Source of the DNA: the human T2T-CHM13v2.0 reference genome, Homo sapiens
Assembly (NCBI RefSeq): GCF_009914755.1
Contig: NC_060927.1
Strand: one strand, 5' to 3'
Length of the DNA stretch: 64,000 nucleotides
The translations under genes were made by a program, and so were the position numbers. Below, in pieces: positions 50,737 through 64,000 of this stretch. The notes beneath the pieces are model-generated. The model was not told the origin of the DNA. It was given only the letters and a program-made list of their open reading frames with translations, and made no database searches. Position 1 is the first letter of the stretch. Every line of letters begins with the position of its first letter.

Positions 50737-51191
50737 CTTTGTGGTTTTATCTACTTTTGGTCTTTGATGATGGTGATGTACAGATGGGTTTTCGGTGTGG
50801 ATGTCCTTTCTGGTTGTTAGTTTTCCTTCTAACAGACAGGACCCTCAGCTGCAGGTCTGTTGGAATACCCTGCCGTGTGAGGTGTCAGTGTTCCCCTGCT
50901 GGGGGGTGCCTCCCAGTTAGGCTGCTCGGGGGTCAGGGGTCAGGGACCCACTTGAGGAGGCAGTCTGCCCGTTCTCAGATCTCCAGCTGCGTGCTGGGAG
51001 AACCACTGCTCTCTTCAAAGCTGTCAGACAGGGACATTTAAGTCTGCAGAGGTTACTGCTGTCTTTTTGTTTGTCTGTGCCCTGCCCCCAGAGGTGGAGC
51101 CTACAGTGGCAGGCAGGCCTCCTTGAACTGTGGTGGGCTCCACCCAGTTCGAGCTTCCTGGCTGCTTTGTTTACCTAAGCAAGCCTGGGCA

Positions 51192-51407
51192 ATGGCGGGC
51201 GCCCCTCCCCCAGCCTCGTTGCCACCTTGCAGTTTGTTCTCAGACTGCTGTGCTAGCAATCAGCGAGATTCCGTGGGCGTAGGACCCTCTGAGCCAGGTG
51301 TGGGATATAGTCTCGTGGTGCGCCGTTTTTTAAGCCGGTCTGAAAAGCGCAATATTCGGGTGGGAGTGACCCGATTTCCCAGGTGCGTCTGTCACCCCTT
51401 TCTTTGA
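51192..51407 (+). CDS. L1 ORF0, intact 71 aa, antisense in the L1 5'UTR
   Basis: GCAATGGCG start; MAGAPPPASLPPCSLFSDCCASNQRDSVGVGPSEPG...CHPFL*. Confidence 0.85.
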   Translation: MAGAPPPASLPPCSLFSDCCASNQRDSVGVGPSEPGVGYSLVVRRFLSRSEKRNIRVGVTRFPRCVCHPFL

Positions 51408-53640
51408 CTCGGAAAGGGAACTCCCTGACCCCTTGCGCTTCCCAGGTGAGGCAATGCCTCGCCCTGCTTCGGCTCATGCACGGTGCGTGCACACACTGGC
51501 CTGCGCCCACTGTCTGGCACTCCCTAGTGAGATGAACCCGGTACCTCAGATGGAAATGCAGAAATCACCCGTCTTCTGCGTCGCTCACGCTGGGAGCTGT
51601 AGACCGGAGCTGTTCCTATTCGGCCATCTTGGCTCCTCAAGTCCCGTAGAAATGCTTTTACACTGTTGGTGGGAATGTAAATTAGTACAACTATTGTGGA
51701 AGACAGTGTAGCAATTCCTCAAAGACCTAGAACCAGAAATACCATTTGACCCATCAATCTCATTACTGGCTATATACCCAAAGGAATATACATCATTATA
51801 TTATAAAGATTCATGCACGTGTATATTCATTGCAGCAGTATTCATAATAGCAAAGACATGGAATCAACACAAATGCCCATCAATGATAGACTGAATAAAG
51901 AAAATGTGGTACATATACACCATTGAATACTATGCTGCCATAAAAAGGAATGAGATCGTGTACTTTGCAGGGACATGGATGGAGCTCAAAGCCCTTATCC
52001 TCATCAAACTAACGCAGGAACAGAAAACCAAACATCACATGTTCTCACTGATAAGTGGAAGCTGAACAAGGAGAACACATATACACAGGGAGGGGAACAA
52101 CACATACTGGGCCCTGTCAGAGTGGGGGGATTGCAGGAGGAGAGAGAGCATCAGAATCAATAGCTAATGCAGGTGACGCTTAATACCTAAGTGATGGGTT
52201 GATAGGTGCAGCAAACCACGATGGCACACGTTTACCTGTGTAACAAACCTGTACATGCTACACATGTATCCCAGAACTTAAAAGAAAGTAAATGTCTAGT
52301 TGAGTCCAACAAGGACTATACTGAATTTCTAATTCAGAGGATGACCTGTTTTCCTGATTTCTTTATATTGTTTATATGTGTTCTCTTGTATCTCACTGAG
52401 TTTCCTTAATATTATTACTTTTAATTCAATTTCAGTCATTTTATTTATTTCCTTCTTTGGGGGTTCTGTTACTGGAGAATTTTTGTGTTCCTTTGGATGT
52501 GTCACATTTCCTTGCTTTATCATGTTTCTGTGTCCCTGCTTTGATATCTGCAAATTAAAAGTCACTTCTTTTAATTTTATGAAGTAGCTTTTATATGGAA
52601 AGACATTTTCCTGCAGATATATCTAGAGTGTCAGTTGGGTAGGGTGCTTTGGCTTTGGTTCAAGGTAGGCACAGTCGTGCATTCTCAATATGAGGGTTTT
52701 TTTTTTATTTTATTTTTTGGCTGTTGTCAACATCAGTGTTGCCTGCAAGTTCCCCAGTGGCTTAGACTGCAATTGTTTGTGGAGGCTGTGGGGTGGTCTT
52801 CCTTGCATGAGGATTCTGAGCAGGCCAGTCTTTCGGCCCTTAGGAAGCACATGCGGTTGCACGACAGCCCCATCACTGAAGTGAACAGTGGGTCTCAGGT
52901 GTACTGTTTTTCAGGCCCCAGGGTGGCACATGCAAACCAATCATGATGGCAGCAGGCCCCATTGAGAACTGATCCTTGAGTCCCTGGCTAGTACACACTG
53001 GCATGCAGTGGTTCCACCTCTGCAAAGGATGGGGTCAATAGCAGTAATCTGGGTATCATTTTGTCTCTCTGTGTCCTGGGAGAAGCCTCTCTGATGTGCT
53101 GGACTGTCCATTTCCTGGGGCATAGGGCGCTACCTGAGCTTGAGCGACAGAGACATGACTGCACTATGGGTCTAGCTGGTATTACAACACTGCAACCCTC
53201 TTGGTAGATGCCAGAGGATGTCAATGGGGCTTCAAAGATGTAGAGATGCAAGGGCTATTGTCCTGAGGGTAGGGTATAGTTTGACTGTGGCTGCATTCTC
53301 AGAAATGGCACCATGCTGCAGCAGTCTGAGTCTTCAGAGGTTGAGGGGGACCCAGCATGGATTCTCTGCCTGGCACAATGCAGCCAATGAAGTCTAGCAG
53401 CTCCCTGTGATAAGCTAAGGGCATATGAGGACTGAGTGGTTCTTCTGTGGTCAGAATCACAAGTATCTGGGATGGCAATGTGAACTGCTGGGGATCTTTT
53501 GCTTACCCCTGCCCCACAATGGGGACCCCTCTTTTCTCTGAGCTGATCCCTGCTGGCTGCCTTCCTTCTCTCTCCATGCTGCCATCTCAAGTTTCCATGC
53601 CTCAGAGGGTCTATGTCACTTTCTTGCTCAATTCCAGTGT

Positions 53641-53729
53641 TCTTTTCTTTCTCTTCTCTTCTCTTCTCTTCTCTTCTCTTCTCTTCTCTTCTCTTCTCTT
53701 CTCTTCTCTTTTCTTTTCTTTTTCTTTTT
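53641..53729. repeat. (CTCTT)12 microsatellite within a T-rich tract
   Basis: Perfect pentamers at 53651-53710, flanked by TTTTC units. Confidence 0.97.
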
Positions 53730-54270
53730 GGCAGCAGGGGGCTTGTGTGTGTGTGAAAAGGAACTTTACTAAGAAACCGAAAGGAAATGAAGTAGGACCA
53801 CTGAAGCCAGAGGCTGGAGGAGGCCACAGGGATAGGGTCAGCAGCTGCTGTCCCTGCAGGAAACCCCTTCTCTGGCTTTGGGAGCCCCTCTATGCACTCC
53901 AGGGGCCTGAAGCCCCAAACAATCCTATGGCCTTGCCTCAGAGCACTTCCCTGTGCCTTGACTCTGCAGGGACGGGGGCTGTGGATGGACAGCAGGAGGG
54001 GTGAGTGGAGGGAAAGAGGGCCTGGGTGAGGCTTGGGGGACTGGGATGCAAGGCACTTGGACCTCAGGGCTGGAAGGGTCAGACCAAGTCTGGGGAGTTG
54101 GGTCGTGGGCTGGTGTTTGGCTGGAGTGTGTCCTGGACTGAGCACTGGGCATTGGGTCCTCCTTGTGTTCTGGTGATTGCAGTCAGAATGGGAGTGACCC
54201 CAAGACCTAGGGGCCTGGAATGAGCTCAGAGCGGCTAGCAGCCACCCCACCTCGATGACTCTGTGGAAGG
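53730..54270 (-). pseudogene. Probable processed retrocopy of an mRNA 3' end; parent gene not recognised
   Basis: GC-rich non-repeat block interrupting the L1MA 5'UTR; AGTAAA on the minus strand (53765-53770) lies ~35 nt before an A-rich tail. Confidence 0.7.
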
Positions 54271-55974
54271 GATGTTCTGTTTCACATTTGGTTATCTATT
54301 TGTTGTTTTAGCATTCTTTGTTGAGGCGGTGAGTGCTGGGTGCCTCTGATCAGTGACCTTCTTAGGAGTATTTTTCTACTTTTTACTTTTTTCATTATAT
54401 AGTACCTTTTTCAGCATAAATGTTTTCCATTTTAAATTCTACTTCATTAGATATTGATATTCTAGTGCTAGCTTCATTCTTTTAGCATTCTCTTATTTTC
54501 TACATTTTCTGTACAGATTTTTGTTTTGGTGTCTCAATACAACCTTCCTATTAACTATTTATTTCTTTAACTAAGTCCAGTAAAACAACTATTCTATGGC
54601 TTTACTGCCTAACCTTTGTCTTTATTTATTTATTGCCTATCCTTCACAAAACTAACATTCCTCTACTCACTCTGGAACTTTAGTTTGAACAGTTATCTCC
54701 AGTAGTGTGCTTCTGTTTTAAATGTTTCTGTGAACGTAGACATGGATGTGCTTTTTTCTCTCTCCCTATGCATGAGCTTTCCAGTTTCTTGGTTTGACAA
54801 TTCTTCATCTAGCCTAACATGGTCCCCAGTTCAGATCTAGGTCTAATATTGGTACCTTGAGGGTATTCATCTATAAAATAAGGCAGGTTCCCTCAAGAAC
54901 CCTGATATGGCCTTGCCCAGATTCTGTTATGTGGCACCCTGTTTCTGTTTCCTCATGCCAGCCCTAGAAGTAGATCAATGGGGGCCACGACACTCTGTAG
55001 TGGTTCAGTTTGTTTTATCCTACCAGCCTGAGTACCGAAGCTCCTCAAGTCCTGGTTTCAGGAGCTGAGTGTGGCTTTATGGTGGGGTGTCTCCCACCAT
55101 ATCAGAGGAGCTTTTGTCCCTGTTAACAAAATAGGAATAGAATCTTGATAATCGATGGCCATTTATGCCCCAGGTCCAGGTACTTTTTGATTCCTGCTGC
55201 AGGTTTTCTTTTGTTCCTTTTTCACAGAAATGTTTATATTGTTTTAAAACATGACCATATTTTCAATATTAAAAAATTCCAGTAAAAATGGGTTTTTAAG
55301 CATTAAAAGTTACAAAGTTAAATAGGAGGGCTCAATTAACTGACATTCTACCTTTAAGGCATATATTTATAAATGTCTGTCATCCTTTCTTCCTTGCCCT
55401 TGAGTAGTCAATGAACCAAACCCAGTTTGAATATCTAAAAGATGCTTTGGTGTTATTTATTCTAATACCTTGCTGTCTTAAAGCATATCTTCATTCAGAA
55501 TACAAATATATGACAACTTATGCCACATACTTTTTATTTTCTGCTTCAAAAGGTGTATTCTTACATACCATAGCATCTAGGAAAGATGATAGTAACCGCA
55601 GTTGTTTGTTATTAGGCAAAATAAAGATAGGCAGTTATCCAAAAGCTTTGTCACTATAGGCAGATTTGATCATTAAGATTAATGTATTTTGTAAAGAATA
55701 CAATTTTATCACAGTGTTTAACCATCCAAGTCTTTAATAGGGAGAATATTAATGCTTACTATAGTAACAGAGGGGATGAATCTGAGCCAGGCCACAGTAG
55801 TCACTTCATCTACTTTCTTTTTACTTATCCATAGTCATTCTCTCCATTTTGAGTTACAGCCAATTTATTTTATAACTTATCAAAAAATAAAAGGGTTACC
55901 TACAAAGATTGGGTACTACCTCAAAAGTGAATCCAAATTTCTTGCCACTTAGAACCTCTATGAAGATTATGAAG

Positions 55975-56084
55975 CAAAATTATGCATTGAATCACTGTAT
56001 TGAAACATCTCATGTAACCCATAAATATATACACCTACTATGTACCTACAAAAATTAAAATGAAAAGTTTAAAAATAAATAAAA
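55975..56084 (+). mobile_element. L1MA-type 3' end fragment
   Basis: ACATCTCATGTAACCCATAAATATATACACCTACTATGTACC.ACAAAAATTAAAA. Confidence 0.8.
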
Positions 56085-57469
56085 CCTTAAAATAATATCT
56101 GATCTTCAGCTATAAAAATTCATTTAGTAAGCTGAAATGTTACATTTTATCTTTAAAAATTTATTTCTGAAGTCACTGCATGAAAGTATTTTTCAGATAA
56201 AATAAGATATTGTTTTGAAGGACACAAGAAACTAGAATAATATTTGGCAAACAATAATTTATTAATTTATAACTTGTAAAGCATTATAGTAGAGTGTATT
56301 GAGGAGAGTCTTGCAACCAACACTGCCAGGTCATTTCCTGGTTCTCCCACTTAGCAGTATGACCCTGAGCAAGTTACTGACACACCATGAATAGAGCTCT
56401 CTGGGTGAGTGGCAGGCAGTTCCTAAACATTTTTTAAATTGAAATTATCCCAAAATATATATTTTTCAGAAATATATGGGACAAAATCCATTAACATAAA
56501 GAGTTACCTACAGTTGTTGGGGGAGGTGCGTGGTACATATGGAGAAACAGGAAAGAAAGCAAATAGAAGCTGGAATTCTCTGCATATACTATGTATGTCA
56601 ATTTGACTTGGAACCTTAAACACATAAAAATTATATTTTTAAAAATCTATTTAAATATTAAAAGCAAAGTGAAACAAATGAATCAAATTGCATATCAAGT
56701 TAGTGGCATACTTGCACAGTGACTTTAAAACACAGGGATTTGACTGTAGCTATGCCCTAACAAGAAAAAGAACTTCAAAAAATATTAAACTACTCTCTGT
56801 AGTTTGTTTTTTCTGGTGGCGATGTTAGTTTTATTTTAAGTCTGTCTACTCTGTGTGCGTCTGTGTGTGTGTGTGTGTGCGTGTGCTGTGGGACAAACTG
56901 AATAAATAATTGTGTCAGTGTCATTGAGAACTAGAAAAGGGAGTATATAATTGTAAGATGGATGAGTTTAATAACATCTTTCTGGTCCTTAATTTGAATT
57001 AGAAGTATTACTAAGAACTCATAACATATTTTCTCTAAAAATATGCATATCTTGTAGCTCAGACCACTGAAAAGTCCATCTAGGCAAAATTTTTCCTAAT
57101 AAGAATCATAATCCTTAAAGAGTTGTGTGATGCCAAATCTGAGTTAGGAAATGCCCACAGTGAGCATGCTATGTGTCACAGCAGAAAACAAGAAAGCCAT
57201 CAAAACTGCGTTTCAAATGGATTTAAGAGCTAAACCTTATATTTTTCCTTTATAAAAATTGCAAAAAAATCTATTCTATAGAAAAGCACACTTTTCAATT
57301 AATAAAATTGCTTTCATAATATTTTAGTGTAAATCCATTTTTTTTCTAAATTAATCTTTATATTATTTTTTCAAATTACATGATATTTTTCCTCTAATGT
57401 TTAAAGGGTTTATCTCTAAAATATAACTATGTTTTATAATAATTTACACAAATTTAGGAATAGACTATG

Positions 57470-57471
<2 letters not shown>

Positions 57472-57500
<29 letters not shown>
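57472..57500. repeat. (TG)n microsatellite
   Basis: About 14 TG units; an imperfect (TG)n also occurs at ~56852-56885. Confidence 0.95.
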
Positions 57501-57503
<3 letters not shown>

Positions 57504-57556
57504 ACACGAGAAGATAGGTCTCTGAGTAGTGTTTAGAAAAGCAATACAACAACATT

Positions 57557-58982
57557 GGCGAGGTGGAGCCAAGATGGCCAAATAGGAACAGCTCCAGTCC
57601 ATAGTTCCCAGTGTGAGCGATGCAGAAGATGGCTGATTTCTGCATTTCCAACTGAGGCACCGGGTTCGTCTCACTGGGGAGTGTCAGACAGTGGGTGCAG
57701 GACAGTGGGTGCAGTGCACCGAGCATGAGCTGAAGCAGGGTGAGGCATCACCTCACCCGGGAAGCACAAGGGGTCAGGGAATTCCCTTTCCTAGTCAAAG
57801 AAAGGGGTGACAGACGGCACCTGGAAAATTGGGTCACTCCCACCCTAATACTGCGCTTTTCCAATGGTCTTAGCAAACAGCACACCAGGAGACTACATCC
57901 TGTGCCTAGCTTGGAGGATCCTATGCCCACAGAGCCTCTCTCATTGCTAGCACAGCAGTCTGAGATCAAACTGCAAGGTGGCAGCGAGGCTGGGGGAGGG
58001 GTTCCCGCCATTGCCTAGGCTTGAGTAGGTAAACAAATTTTTGCAATCTACTCATCTGACAAAGGGCTAATATCCAGAATCTACAATGAACTCAAACAAA
58101 TTTATAAGAAAAAAAAAAACCCATCAAAAATTGGGCAAAGGATATGAACAGACACTTCTCAAAAGAAGACATTTATGCATCCAAAAGACACATGAAAAAA
58201 CATTCATCATCATTGGCCATCAGAGAATTGCAAATCAAAACCACAATGAGATACCATCTCACACCAGTTGGAATGGCGCTCATTAAAAAGTCAGGAAACA
58301 ACAGGTGCTGGAGAGGATGTGGAGAAATAGGAATAATTTTACACTGTTGGTGGGACTGTAAACTAGTTCAACCATTGTGGAAGTCAGTGTGGCAATTCCT
58401 CAGGGATCTAGAACTAGAAATACCATTTGACCCAGCCATCCCATTACTGGGTATATACCCAAAGGATTATAAAACATGCTGCTATAAAGACACACGCACA
58501 CCTATGTTTATTGTGGCACTATTCACAATACCAAAGACTTGGAACCAACCCAAATGTCCAACAATGATAGACTGGATTAAGAAAATGTGGCACATATACA
58601 CCATGGAATACTATGCAGCCATAAAAACTGATGAGCTCATGTCCTTTTTAGGGACATGGATGAAGCTGGAAACCATCATTCTCAGCAAACTATGGCAAGG
58701 ACAAAAAACCAAACACTGCATGTTCTCACTCATAGGTGGGAATTGAACAATGAGAACACACGGACACAGGAAGTGGAACATCACACACCAGGGCCTGTTG
58801 TGGCATGGGGGAGGGGGGAGGGATAACATTAGGAGATACGCCTAATGTTAAATGATGAGTTAATGGTGCAGCACACCAACATGGCACATATATAAATACA
58901 TATGTAACAAACCTGCACGTTGTGCACATGTACCCTAAAACTTAAAGTATAATAAAAAACAAACAAACAAACAAACAAAAAA
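57557..58982 (+). mobile_element. L1PA4-like element with both ends intact and a ~4.75-kb internal deletion
   Basis: 5'UTR 57557-58037 is joined to the ORF2 3' end (GTAAACAAA|TTTTTGCAATC); 3'UTR and (AAAC)n tail follow. Confidence 0.94.

Positions 58983-64000
<5,018 letters not shown>

Noticed and set aside
58021-58045. Internal deletion as a spliced L1 RNA
   Set aside because: The nearby AG|GTAAAC donor-like site is retained and the junction is not GT-AG bounded; AAA microhomology fits better.

Overview
AT-rich, CpG-poor primate (very likely human) genomic DNA. I can support no host protein-coding exon, RNA gene or CRISPR array, and no new multi-gene biological system. About half the window is transposon-derived: LINE-1s of many ages, Alus, MIR/L2/CR1 relics, MaLR/ERV LTRs and DNA-transposon relics. 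Nearly all long ORFs in the track are L1 ORF1/ORF2/ORF0 pieces or their antisense shadows. The interest lies in retrotransposition and repair signatures that can be read directly from the sequence. (1) A young full-length L1 (ACG/A diagnostic) carries a ~245-bp 3' transduction and an intact ORF0, and is nested in two older L1s. (2) A near-full-length L1 has its whole 5' ~3.1 kb inverted (twin-priming geometry), which fuses antisense-5'UTR sequence in frame to an endonuclease-less ORF2. (3) An L1 carries a ~4.75-kb internal deletion. (4) An unidentified GC-rich retrocopy has a tail that became an (AAGAG)n microsatellite. (5) A ~235-bp locally templated inverted duplication is flanked by 19-bp direct repeats. 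(6) There is an ancient CR1 LINE relic and a candidate CTCF site. Subfamily names come from remembered consensus motifs and need RepeatMasker/Dfam confirmation; boundaries of old repeats are approximate.
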